A DNA stretch of 64,000 nt, from positions 2,458-66,457 of the forward strand of contig DATFGT010000015.1 in assembly GCA_035249175.1 (NCBI GenBank), written 5' to 3'. Of the stretch, positions 19,099 through 27,922 are shown piece by piece. Under the pieces are notes generated by a model. The model had not been told where the DNA came from and made no database searches. It worked only from the letters and a program-made list of their open reading frames with translations. Positions within the stretch are counted from its first letter, which is position 1; every line of letters begins with the position of its first letter. This stretch comes from Rhodanobacteraceae bacterium (lineage in GTDB: Bacteria > Pseudomonadota > Gammaproteobacteria > Xanthomonadales > Rhodanobacteraceae). A program made the position numbers and the translations under genes.

Positions 19099-19890
19099 TC
19101 ATAACTCGAACTGCTCGTCCAGAATCCGCTGCGCCAAGCTGCGCTCGGGGTCGAACAGCAGGGTGATGGCGCGTTCGCGCGCCTGGCGTACGCGGATTTC
19201 CACCGCGTCGCGCACTTCGAGGAAATCGGCGGTGGCGCTGACGGGGCGATGATCGGGTTCCAACGTGCGCAGGCCTACTTGCGTGGCGACCGGCAGCAAT
19301 GCGCCGCGCCAGCGGCGCGGGCGGAACGGACTGATCGGGGTGAGTGCCAGCACGTTGGCATCCAGCGGCAGGATCGGTCCATGCGCGGACAGGTTGTACG
19401 CAGTGGACCCCGCGGGCGTCGCGACCAGCAAACCATCGCAGATGAGGTTGGCCAATTTCACTTCGCCGTTCAGCGCCACTTCGACGTGGGCGGCCTGGTT
19501 GGTCTGCCGCAGCAACGAGATTTCGTTGAAGGCCAGTGCGTCGATTTCACGTCCGTCGCGTTGCCGGACGTGCATCTCCAGCGGATGCAGCACGGCCGGT
19601 CGCGCAGCGGCGATGCGCGCGGGAAGCTCGTCGGGCAGATAGCGGTTCATCAGGAAGCCGACGCGGCCGAGTTTCATGCCGTACACCGGCAGTCCATGCC
19701 CGAGCTGCGCGTGCAGCGTGCGCAGCATGAAGCCGTCGCCACCCAGCGCGACGATCACGTCGGCATCGTCGGGTGACACGGCGCCATACCGATCCTGCAG
19801 TTCATCGCAGGCCGCGCGGGCCTTGTCCGACGCGGATGCGACGAACGCCAGTCGTGGCATGGTGGAGGCGGGGCGCGGGGCGATGGCCAT
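19099..19890 (-). CDS. nadK: NAD kinase
   Basis: VIVALGGDGFMLRTLH and LVATPAGSTAYNLSAHGPILP motifs. An alternative start is possible at MPRLAFVAS (19860). Confidence 0.9.
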   Translation of the reverse strand: MAIAPRPASTMPRLAFVASASDKARAACDELQDRYGAVSPDDADVIVALGGDGFMLRTLHAQLGHGLPVYGMKLGRVGFLMNRYLPDELPARIAAARPAVLHPLEMHVRQRDGREIDALAFNEISLLRQTNQAAHVEVALNGEVKLANLICDGLLVATPAGSTAYNLSAHGPILPLDANVLALTPISPFRPRRWRGALLPVATQVGLRTLEPDHRPVSATADFLEVRDAVEIRVRQARERAITLLFDPERSLAQRILDEQFEL

Positions 19891-19959
19891 GCGCGCAGTT
19901 TGCTAGGGAATCGCGCGATCGTCCATGGTCGCCGGTGCCGCCGACGACCGGCCGGCGGC

Positions 19960-22029
19960 TCAACTGAGCGAACGCATCTCGGACGAAGGCTCGGCCAGGA
20001 AGTTGCCTTGCGCGAAGTTCACCCCGGCCGAGAACAGTGTCGGCATGCTGGCGGCTTCCTCGATCCATTCCACCATGGTGCACTTGCCGGCGGCGTGCGC
20101 CTGCGAGCACAGCTCGCGCACCTTCAATTCGTTTTCGGAGTGATGGGCGAGGTCGACGGTGAGCGCGCGGTCGAGCTTCAGGTAATCGGCGTCGATGTGC
20201 TTCAACGCCTGGAACGAGTTGAGGCCCGAGCCGAACTGTTCCAGCCCGAAGCCACCGCCGCCCTTGCGCCAGCGATCGACGAATTCGCGCGCGGGTTTCA
20301 GGCACGTCATCACCTTGGCCTCGGGCACCTCGAACACCAGTTGCGAGGCTTGCACATTGGCCGCTGCGAGTTTCGCGTCCACCCAGTCGGCCAATTTCTC
20401 GTCGTGCAGGGTGAGGGTGGAGAGCTTGATGAACAATGTGGCCTTCGCAGAGCCGCCGCCGCGCTTGCCAAGTGCGTCGATCGCGTGTTCGATCACCCAG
20501 CGATCGATGGCCAGCAGGCGATCGTTGCGCTCGGCGATGGGCAGGAAGTGCGCGGGCAGCACTTCTTCCGTCGGGCCGCGGATCCGCAGCAGCACTTCAT
20601 AAAATTCGCCCCCCTCGCCCTGCAGGCTCACCACCGGCTGGAAGTAAAGGACGAAGCCATCCCGTGCCAGCGCGTTGTCGATCATGTCCAGCCATTGCTG
20701 CTGGCGCGCAGCCTCGGCTTTGTCCGCCGCGGCGGGATCGTGGATGTCCACCCGATTGCCGCCTTGGCCAGACGCCGCGCGCAAGGCGTCGTCGGCCAGC
20801 GACAACAGCACTTGCGACTTGGCGTTCTTCTCGCCCAGCAGGCTGCCACCGATGCTGATGGTGAGGCTGGTGGAGCGGCCGCCGGCCTCGATGATGGCCG
20901 TCTCCACGCTGGCACGCAGCGATTCGGCGATCTGCAGCACTTCGGCTTGCGTGCGGCCGGAAAGCAGGATGCCGAACGAATGATCACCAATGCGGCCCGC
21001 GCGATCGGACGCCTGCAGCCGCTGCTTGATCGTGCCGGCGAGCTGGCGCAGCACATCGTCGGCGCCGGTGATGCCGACGGTGTCCAGCACTGCTCGGTAG
21101 TTGTCGGGTTCCAGCAGCAGCAGCGCCTGGTCGGTGCTGCCGTCGATCGCGCGCGCCACGGCTTCATCCACGCCTTCGAGAAAGTGCGTCCGATTGGACA
21201 GACCGGTCAGCGGGTCTTGCGTCTTCAGGCGGCGCAGTTCCTCTTCCGTCGCGGTATTGGTGGCCGGCAGGCGGAACACGATCTGTTGGCAGGGTTCGCC
21301 TTCATAAGTCGCGGGCGAAAATTCCATCACCGCCTCGAAGGTGCTGCCGTCCGCGCGTTGCGCGGTGAGGTCCAGCTTCGGCGGCGGCTTCTCGCCGCGC
21401 GCGAGGCGCTTCAGCAGATCCTTGAAATCGGTGGTGTGCTGGGTTGCCACGAGGTCGAGGATGGTCAGGCCCTCGACGTCCTCGAAAGTTTCGAAGCCGA
21501 ACATTTCGAGGTACGCATTGTTGGCGCGGACGTGGGTGCCTTCGTGGATGTACGCGATCGGATCACGCGAGGAATCCAGCAGCGAATCGCAGCGGCGTTC
21601 CGATTCGCGCAAGCTCGCTTCCAGTCGGCGCACGTTGCGGCGCGTGTTCAGCGCATCCAGTTCACGCCGCACTACCGCTTGCAACTGATCGTGCCGATTG
21701 CGCAGCGCGATGCCGCGCACGCTGCCGTGCGCCAGGATCGACGCGATCACGTCGTCGGTGAGCTTGTCCGTGAGCGCGAGCAACGCCACGTCCTTGCCGG
21801 TGCCATCCAGCGCGCGACCGATCACGGCGAGGGATACTTCCTTGCAGGCCGGATTGGCCAGCACCAGGTCCGGCGTGAACGATTCCAGCGTCGCCGCGAG
21901 TTCTTCTTCCGTCGAAATGCGTTGTGGGCGCAGCGCGATGCCGCTGTTGCGCAGCACGCTGATGATCTGCTCGGCGTCCTCGGCCTGATCCTCGGCGATG
22001 ATCAGCTTGGTGATGGGTTCGGACAACAT
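19960..22029 (-). CDS. fimX: FimX-like c-di-GMP-binding type IV pilus regulator (REC-like, PAS, degenerate GGDEF, degenerate EAL)
   Basis: 689 aa. The N-terminal CheY-like domain reads KLIIAEDQAEDAEQIISVLRNSG. The GGDEF position reads RIGDHSF and the EAL position reads YEVLLR (EVL), the degenerate signatures known from FimX. Confidence 0.7.
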   Translation of the reverse strand: MLSEPITKLIIAEDQAEDAEQIISVLRNSGIALRPQRISTEEELAATLESFTPDLVLANPACKEVSLAVIGRALDGTGKDVALLALTDKLTDDVIASILAHGSVRGIALRNRHDQLQAVVRRELDALNTRRNVRRLEASLRESERRCDSLLDSSRDPIAYIHEGTHVRANNAYLEMFGFETFEDVEGLTILDLVATQHTTDFKDLLKRLARGEKPPPKLDLTAQRADGSTFEAVMEFSPATYEGEPCQQIVFRLPATNTATEEELRRLKTQDPLTGLSNRTHFLEGVDEAVARAIDGSTDQALLLLEPDNYRAVLDTVGITGADDVLRQLAGTIKQRLQASDRAGRIGDHSFGILLSGRTQAEVLQIAESLRASVETAIIEAGGRSTSLTISIGGSLLGEKNAKSQVLLSLADDALRAASGQGGNRVDIHDPAAADKAEAARQQQWLDMIDNALARDGFVLYFQPVVSLQGEGGEFYEVLLRIRGPTEEVLPAHFLPIAERNDRLLAIDRWVIEHAIDALGKRGGGSAKATLFIKLSTLTLHDEKLADWVDAKLAAANVQASQLVFEVPEAKVMTCLKPAREFVDRWRKGGGGFGLEQFGSGLNSFQALKHIDADYLKLDRALTVDLAHHSENELKVRELCSQAHAAGKCTMVEWIEEAASMPTLFSAGVNFAQGNFLAEPSSEMRSLS

Positions 22030-22206
22030 GGACGGCCTTCGGCTGATCTCTCTTCTATCGGTGAGGTGCGACGGGCGTCCGGGTGGCGTCCGATTCGTTT
22101 GTGTCCGCGCCGGCTTGTGTCGATGCCAGCACCGGCGCGTTTGGGTTCATTTTCGAGCCAAGCAGGCTTTTGTACCCGATCGGCGCCGATTCCGCCACCG
22201 GCCGCA

Positions 22207-23217
22207 TCACAGCGGGCGCTTGGCTGTTTCGCCCGGCACTTCGCGCACCAACTTCGGCACAAGATACCCGGGAAGTCGTGCACGCAACATGCCCACGAGG
22301 TCGCGCGCACGCGCATCGGACACCTCGAAATGCGCTGTCCCGCGCACGCGGTCGAGCTGGTGCAGGTAGTAGGGCAGCACGCCGAACGCGAACAGGCGCT
22401 CGGAAAGTTCGGTCAGCGCATCGGCGTCGTCATTGACGCCGCGCAGCAGCACCGACTGGTTGAGCAGCGTCGCGCCGCCTTCGCGCAAACGGGCACAGGC
22501 CGCGCCCACATTGGCATCCAGCTCGTTCGGATGGTTGGCGTGCAGCACCACGACGCGCTGCAACGGCAGCCCTGACAGCCATGCGCAGAACACGTGGTCG
22601 ATGCGTTCCGGCAGTACCACCGGCAGACGCGAATGGATGCGCAGCCGGATCACCTGCGGCAGCTCGCGCAGGGCATCGGTCAAGTCCGTCAACTTTTGTG
22701 TCGAGAGCACCAGCGGGTCGCCGCCGGACAGGATGACTTCGCGGATCGAGGTGTCTTTCGCCAGGCACTCGACGGCTCCGCGCCAGGCGTGTGCGGCGGC
22801 CAGTTCTTCGGCGTACGGGAAATGTCGGCGGAAGCAGTAGCGGCAGTTGACCGCGCAGCAGCCTGCCGCGATCAGCAGCGCGCGACCGTCGTATTTGTGC
22901 AGTACACCGTGCGCGGCGACGGCGTCGAGATCGCCCACCGCGTCGTCGCTGAAGCCGGGCGCGTCGTCCAGCTCGGCCAGTCGCGGCAGCACCTGCAGCA
23001 GCAAGGGGTCATGCGGGTTGCCTCGGCGCATGCGTGCAACGAAACCGCGCGGCACCTTCAATGCAAAGCCGGCATCGCCGGCCGGCAAGCGCTCGACGAG
23101 CTGCGGCAGCCCCACCAATGCCAGCAACTCGCGAGCGTCGGTGACGGCATCGCGCAGCGACTGGCGCCAGTCGGGCAGGACCTCCGGCTGCGTGGATGGA
23201 TCGATTGCGGTTATCAT
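22207..23217 (-). CDS. epmB: EF-P beta-lysylation protein EpmB (lysine 2,3-aminomutase-like radical SAM)
   Basis: 336 aa with the CAVNCRYCFRRHF radical-SAM cluster motif. It is divergent from efp. Confidence 0.9.
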   Translation of the reverse strand: MITAIDPSTQPEVLPDWRQSLRDAVTDARELLALVGLPQLVERLPAGDAGFALKVPRGFVARMRRGNPHDPLLLQVLPRLAELDDAPGFSDDAVGDLDAVAAHGVLHKYDGRALLIAAGCCAVNCRYCFRRHFPYAEELAAAHAWRGAVECLAKDTSIREVILSGGDPLVLSTQKLTDLTDALRELPQVIRLRIHSRLPVVLPERIDHVFCAWLSGLPLQRVVVLHANHPNELDANVGAACARLREGGATLLNQSVLLRGVNDDADALTELSERLFAFGVLPYYLHQLDRVRGTAHFEVSDARARDLVGMLRARLPGYLVPKLVREVPGETAKRPL

Positions 23218-23330
23218 GGCAGGCTTGTGCCCCGACCTTCACGGGCTCGGTAAACCCCTCATTTTAGGTCAGTCGTCCGGTCAGGGCCATTGCGGCACGG
23301 GCGGCGCCACGCATCCACGGAGCAAGCAAC

Positions 23331-23897
23331 ATGGCCAGCTATGGTCTGAACGATGTCAAGAACGGTTTGAAAATCATTGTCGACGGCGATCCCTACGTGA
23401 TCGTCGGCGCGGATTTCATCAAGCCCGGCAAGGGCCAGGCGTTCACCCGCATCAAGATCCGCAACCTCAAGAACGGCCGCACCACCGAAAAGACCATGAA
23501 GGCGACCGACGCGGTCGAGGGCGCCGACGTCGTCGATACCGACATGCAATATCTCTACAACGATGGCGAGTTTTGGCATTTCATGGACCCGGCAAGCTAC
23601 GAGCAGCACACGGCGGACAAGAACGCCGTGGGCGATGCCGCGCAATGGCTGAAAGGCGAGGAGGAGTGCATCGTCACGTTCTGGAACGGCGTGCCGCTAT
23701 CGGTCGCGCCACCCAACTTCGTGGAACTGAAGATCGTCGAGACCGACCCCGGGCTGCGTGGCGACACTTCGGGTGGCGGCGGCAAGCCGGCCAAGCTGGA
23801 AACCGGCGCGACCGTGCGCGTACCGCTGTTCGTGAACCAGGACGAAGTGATCCGCGTCGACACTCGCACCGGCGAGTATGTCAGTCGGGTCAAATGA
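23331..23897 (+). CDS. efp: Elongation factor P
   Basis: 188 aa, [43 protein letters not shown], with the modifiable Lys in the KPGKGQA loop. Confidence 0.97.
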   Translation: MASYGLNDVKNGLKIIVDGDPYVIVGADFIKPGKGQAFTRIKIRNLKNGRTTEKTMKATDAVEGADVVDTDMQYLYNDGEFWHFMDPASYEQHTADKNAVGDAAQWLKGEEECIVTFWNGVPLSVAPPNFVELKIVETDPGLRGDTSGGGGKPAKLETGATVRVPLFVNQDEVIRVDTRTGEYVSRVK

Positions 23898-23940
23898 CGC
23901 CTCGGCCCGCGAGCGCCATGCGCGCGCGGCTTTGCCGATC

Positions 23941-24021
23941 CGTCATCCCGGCCAGGGAATGGCCGGGATCCAGTGCCAAGGAAGGCAACGACACTGGATT
24001 CCCGCTTTCGCGGGAATGACG
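23941..24021. repeat. MITE/REP-like multi-hairpin element (termini cgtcatccc...gggaatgacg)
   Basis: Nested inverted repeats: cccggcc/ggccggg (23947-23967), atccagtg/cactggat (23968-23999) and attcccgc/gcgggaat (23998-24017). Terminal IR is cgtcatccc / gggaatgacg. It shares termini with the element at 42219-42344. Confidence 0.65.
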
Positions 24022-24038
24022 AGCAAGAGCAAATCGTC

Positions 24039-25379
24039 ATGACTGAGGATGCATCCGAGCACGTTCGTCCCATCGACCTCCTCATTACCGCCCGCTGGAT
24101 CGTGCCGATCGAGCCGGATCGCGTGGTGCTCGAAGGTCACGCGGTCGCGATTGACGCCGGCGCAATCATCGAAGTGCTTCCGGCAAGCGAAGCCACTGCG
24201 AAGTACACGCCGCGCGAACGCGTGGACTTGCCCGCACACGCGCTGATCCCGGGCCTCGTCAACGCACATACCCACAACCCGATGACGTTGCTGCGCGGGC
24301 TGGCCGACGACCTGCCGCTGATGCAATGGCTGCAGGAACACATCTGGCCGGTGGAAGCGAAAGTGATCGGCCCCGAGTTCGTGCGCGACGGCGTGGAACT
24401 AGCGATCGCCGAGATGCTGCGCGGCGGCACGACCTGCTGCAGCGAAAACTATTTTTTCCCAGACACGCAGGCGCAGGTCTACAGGACGCACGGCTTCCGC
24501 GCGATGGTCGGCTTGCCAATCATCGAGTTTGCGAGCGCGTGGGCGAAGGATCGCGACGAGTATTTCGAGCGCGCCCTGGCTGTGCATGATCAGTACCGCG
24601 GCGAGGGACTGATCGACACCGCGTTTGCGCCGCACGCGCCATACACCGTCGCGGATGTATCGTTCGAACGCATCCGTACGCTGTCCGATCAACTCGACGT
24701 TCCCGTGCACCTGCACCTGATGGAAACCGCGCAGGAAGTCGAGGACGGCAAGCGCGAGCACGGCCTGCGTCCGATGCAGCGTTTGCAGAAACTGGGCCTG
24801 GTCAACGATCGCCTGATCGCGGTGCACATGACCCAGGTGAGCGATGCGGAAATCGCGTTGTGCGCGGACGCCGGCGTATCGGTGGTGCATTGCGCGGAAT
24901 CCAACCTGAAGCTTGCGTCCGGGTTTTGCCCGGCCGAGAAATTGCGGCGCGCCGGCGTCAACCTCGCGCTCGGCACCGACGGCTGCGCATCCAACAACGA
25001 CCTCGACATGTTCGGCGAATTGCGCACCGCCGCCTTGCTGGCGAAAGGCGTGGCGGGCGATGCCGCCGCCTTCGACGACGCGTTCGCGCTGCGCGCGGCC
25101 ACGCTGAACGGGGCGAAGGCTTTGCAGCTCGACGGCAGGATCGGGTCGATCGAAACCGGCAAGCGCGCCGATCTCGTTGCGGTGAGGATGGACGAGGTCG
25201 AAACGCAGCCGCTCTACAATGTGATCTCGCATCTTGCCTACGCGGTTTCGCGCCGGCAGGTCAGTGATGTCTGGATCGACGGGGCGCGCAAACTTGCCGA
25301 TGGCGCGCTGGTCGATTTCGATCTTGCGGGCGTGCTGGAAAAAGCACGCCGCTGGCGCGAGCGGATCGCGGCGCTTTGA
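24039..25379 (+). CDS. mtaD: TRZ/ATZ-family amidohydrolase, probable 5-methylthioadenosine/S-adenosylhomocysteine deaminase
   Basis: 446 aa from ATG 24039, with LVNAHTHNPMTLLRGLADDLPLMQWLQEHIWPVE and HLMETAQE metal-site motifs. The upstream part of the track ORF is translated repeat sequence. Confidence 0.8.
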   Translation: MTEDASEHVRPIDLLITARWIVPIEPDRVVLEGHAVAIDAGAIIEVLPASEATAKYTPRERVDLPAHALIPGLVNAHTHNPMTLLRGLADDLPLMQWLQEHIWPVEAKVIGPEFVRDGVELAIAEMLRGGTTCCSENYFFPDTQAQVYRTHGFRAMVGLPIIEFASAWAKDRDEYFERALAVHDQYRGEGLIDTAFAPHAPYTVADVSFERIRTLSDQLDVPVHLHLMETAQEVEDGKREHGLRPMQRLQKLGLVNDRLIAVHMTQVSDAEIALCADAGVSVVHCAESNLKLASGFCPAEKLRRAGVNLALGTDGCASNNDLDMFGELRTAALLAKGVAGDAAAFDDAFALRAATLNGAKALQLDGRIGSIETGKRADLVAVRMDEVETQPLYNVISHLAYAVSRRQVSDVWIDGARKLADGALVDFDLAGVLEKARRWRERIAAL

Positions 25380-25393
25380 CAGCCGGAGTCCCG

Positions 25394-25672
25394 ATGAAGC
25401 AGTACCTGATCCTTGCCATGCGCAAGCCGCGCTTCGATCCGGTGGTGATCGCGGCGCACCGTGTGCACCTGGACGCATTGAAAGCTCGCGGCGTGCTGGA
25501 GGCATTCGGCCCGTTCACCGACGGATCCGGTGGTGCGTATCTGATCCGCGCCGACTCGCTCGATGGCGCGCACGAGATCGCGTTTGCCGACCCCCTTCAC
25601 CTGGCAGGCGCGTCGGAAGTCACAGTGCATGAGTGGGACGTCACCGATGTCGGGGAGCGACAGGCAGCATGA
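25394..25672 (+). CDS. YciI-like protein
   Basis: 92 aa, MKQYLILAMRKPRFDPVVIAAHRVHLDALKARGVLEAFGPFTDGSGGAYLIRADSLDGAHEIAFADPLH. Confidence 0.8.
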   Translation: MKQYLILAMRKPRFDPVVIAAHRVHLDALKARGVLEAFGPFTDGSGGAYLIRADSLDGAHEIAFADPLHLAGASEVTVHEWDVTDVGERQAA

Positions 25673-26415
25673 ACACCACGGCCCACAACGTCGATCCGGA
25701 AGAACTGGCGCGATTTGGCAAGCTCGCGCATCGCTGGTGGGATCCCGATGGCGAATCGCGCCCGCTGCATGACTTGAATCCCGTGCGGCTCGGCTTCGTC
25801 GCCGAGCGTGTGGCCTTGCGTGGATCGCGCGTGGCGGATATTGGCTGCGGCGGTGGTCTGCTCAGCGAGGCGTTGGCGAAGGCCGGCGCGAACGTTACTG
25901 CAATCGATCTTGCGCCGGAAGTCATCGAAGTCGCGAAGCTGCATCTGCACGAGACCAATGCGGCGCTGCAGTCGCCGCTGGCGATCGACTACAGGTTGTG
26001 CTCGTCGCGCGAATTGGCGGTTGCCGAACCCGCGGCGTTCGATGCGGTGTGTTGCATGGAGCTGATCGAGCATGTCCCCGATCCCGCGGCGCTGGTCGTT
26101 GATCTGGCCGCGCTGGTAAAGCCCGGTGGCAAGGTGTTCTTGTCGACTTTGAACCGTACGCCCGCGAGTTTCGTCACCGCGATCATCGGCGCCGAATACG
26201 TGGCGCGCTTGCTTCCACGCGGCACCCACGACTACCGTCAATTCCTGAAGCCGTCGGAGTTGGCGACATGCTTGCGCCGGGCCGGGCTGGTTCTCGACGA
26301 AATATCCGGGATTGCTTACAACCCGTTGAATCGTAAGGCTTGGCTGACGCGTTACGCCGCAATCAATTATCTGGTCTGCGCCAGCAACGTGCCGGATCAA
26401 AGCCGCCCCGCATGA
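25669..26415 (+). CDS. ubiG: Ubiquinone biosynthesis O-methyltransferase UbiG
   Basis: 248 aa with NVDPEELARFGKLAHRWWDPDGESRPLHDLNPVRLGFV and the VADIGCGGGLLSEALA SAM motif. The start ATGA overlaps the yciI-like stop. Confidence 0.93.
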   Translation: MNTTAHNVDPEELARFGKLAHRWWDPDGESRPLHDLNPVRLGFVAERVALRGSRVADIGCGGGLLSEALAKAGANVTAIDLAPEVIEVAKLHLHETNAALQSPLAIDYRLCSSRELAVAEPAAFDAVCCMELIEHVPDPAALVVDLAALVKPGGKVFLSTLNRTPASFVTAIIGAEYVARLLPRGTHDYRQFLKPSELATCLRRAGLVLDEISGIAYNPLNRKAWLTRYAAINYLVCASNVPDQSRPA

Positions 26416-27077
26416 GGCCCGTGCCGCAACCGCTCGCCGGGGTGTTCTTCGACCTCGATGGCACGCTGGTGGATTCGGCGCGTGACATGCACGATGCCCT
26501 GACCGCACTGTGTCGCGAACGCGGCATGGAAATCCCTTTGTATGAAACCGTGCGCGAAACCGTATCGCGCGGCGCCCGCGCGGTGCTGCGTTGCGCAGTC
26601 GGCAACGACGAGGAAAAAGTCGATGCAGTGCTGCCGCGGTTCCTCGAACTCTATGTCGCCACCGGCATGGTGAACACGCATGCATTCGAGGGCATGGACG
26701 ACGTGCTGGATCGGCTCGAGACGCGTGGCCTACTCTGGGGTGTGGTCAGCAACAAGGCCGGCTCGCTGGTCGCGCTGGTGATGACCAAGGTCGGCTACGA
26801 CGGGCGCGCTGCCGCGGTGGTCGGCGGCGACACCTTGGCCAAGCGCAAGCCCGATCCGGATCCTGTCTTGCACGCCTGCGCGCTGGCAGGCGTCGAACCC
26901 GCGCAGTGCGTTTACGTGGGCGACGATCCGCGCGACATCATGGCGGGCTGCGAGGCCGGCCTGTACACCGTCGCAGCGGGATGGGGCTACCTGGATGGCG
27001 CGGACCCGCGCGATTGGGAACCCGACGCGGTGAGCGCCGATCCGCATCAACTCGCAGCGTTGCTGGGCCTGGCGTGA
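26412..27077 (+). CDS. gph: HAD-family phosphoglycolate phosphatase
   Basis: 221 aa with GVFFDLDGTLVDS and YVGDDPRDIMAG HAD motifs. The start ATGA overlaps the ubiG stop; ubiG-gph is the usual gene order. Confidence 0.85.
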   Translation: MRPVPQPLAGVFFDLDGTLVDSARDMHDALTALCRERGMEIPLYETVRETVSRGARAVLRCAVGNDEEKVDAVLPRFLELYVATGMVNTHAFEGMDDVLDRLETRGLLWGVVSNKAGSLVALVMTKVGYDGRAAAVVGGDTLAKRKPDPDPVLHACALAGVEPAQCVYVGDDPRDIMAGCEAGLYTVAAGWGYLDGADPRDWEPDAVSADPHQLAALLGLA

Positions 27078-27922
27078 GCGAAAGTGCATTCGACGATTAC
27101 CTGACGCAGTGGCGCGAGGCGAGCCCGCAGCGGTCGGTCGCGTGGCTGTTCCTGCGCCGCGACGAGCGCACCTGCTTCGGCGCGCTGGCGGCGCTGGGGC
27201 ACACGTGGCAAAAAGCCGTGCGCGAAGTGCGCGAGTCGCAAGTCGCAGCGGTCAAGCTCGGCTGGTGGCGCGAAGAGATGCAGCGCGCCGCGGAAGGGCA
27301 GGCGCGCCATCCGCTGACGCAGGCGTTGTTCGCCGATGCGCGGGCCCGCTCGATTCCCTTGCAGTACTGGGTCGCTCCGGTGGAAGCGGCGATCGGCATA
27401 CTGGCGCTACCGTCCCCCGCGGATGTCGCGGCGCAAAGTGACGCGGCAGCGCCATTCGCGAATGCTGCCGCGGCGCTGGAAGTGCGCCTCTGGTTCGGCG
27501 AGGGTGCCGACGCGGCGCGCATGTCGCGAGCCGTTCTGTTGGCTGGCCTCGCATCAAATGCTCGCGCGCTACTCGAGGAAGTAGAACACGGGCGATCCCC
27601 GTTGCCGATGAACCTGCTGGCCCGGCACGGGCTCACCATGGAGGCGTTGGGCAGCGACAGCCCGGCGCGTCGCGCGGCGTTGCGCGACTATCTTGGCGAA
27701 CTCGAACTCGCCGCGTCCGACGTCGCTAGAATGCAAGGCCCGCTGACATTGTTCCGAGCCGTCGATTTGCAGCGCGACCGGCAGGCACTCGGGCGCGCGG
27801 CGCGGGCCGATGATCCGCTTGCCGCGTTGCACGCCCCCGCGCACGGGCTGGGCAACGTGTTGAAAACCTGGCGCGCAGCCCGCAAATGGCGGGGCATGGT
27901 CCGCAACGAGTCCCGCCCATGA
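27074..27922 (+). CDS. Squalene/phytoene synthase-fold protein lacking Asp-rich catalytic motifs (function unknown)
   Basis: 282 aa from GTG 27074, where GTGA overlaps the gph stop. FGALAALGHTWQKAVREV..KLGWWREEM..ARHPLTQAL and LEEVEHGRSPLPMNLLARHGLTMEAL follow the SQS/PSY skeleton as remembered (YAFCRxxDDxxD..WRxxL..HPxxxAL; RDxxED..GRxYLPxxxLxxxG), but both acidic motifs are replaced. Confidence 0.5.
   Translation: MSESAFDDYLTQWREASPQRSVAWLFLRRDERTCFGALAALGHTWQKAVREVRESQVAAVKLGWWREEMQRAAEGQARHPLTQALFADARARSIPLQYWVAPVEAAIGILALPSPADVAAQSDAAAPFANAAAALEVRLWFGEGADAARMSRAVLLAGLASNARALLEEVEHGRSPLPMNLLARHGLTMEALGSDSPARRAALRDYLGELELAASDVARMQGPLTLFRAVDLQRDRQALGRAARADDPLAALHAPAHGLGNVLKTWRAARKWRGMVRNESRP

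Noticed and set aside
19900-22575. 891-aa plus-strand ORF spanning fimX and epmB
   Set aside because: It is antisense to two well-supported genes and crosses their intergenic spacer. It has no recognisable domain and typical GC-rich shadow-ORF composition.
26591-27922. 443-aa ORF; also the 463-aa ORF 53119-54510 and the 1735-aa ORF 9877-15084
   Set aside because: The upstream portions overlap neighbouring genes out of frame (gph, cysW) or add unsupported leaders. The starts GTG 27074, ATG 54270 and ATG 10144 fit family N-termini and operon structure.
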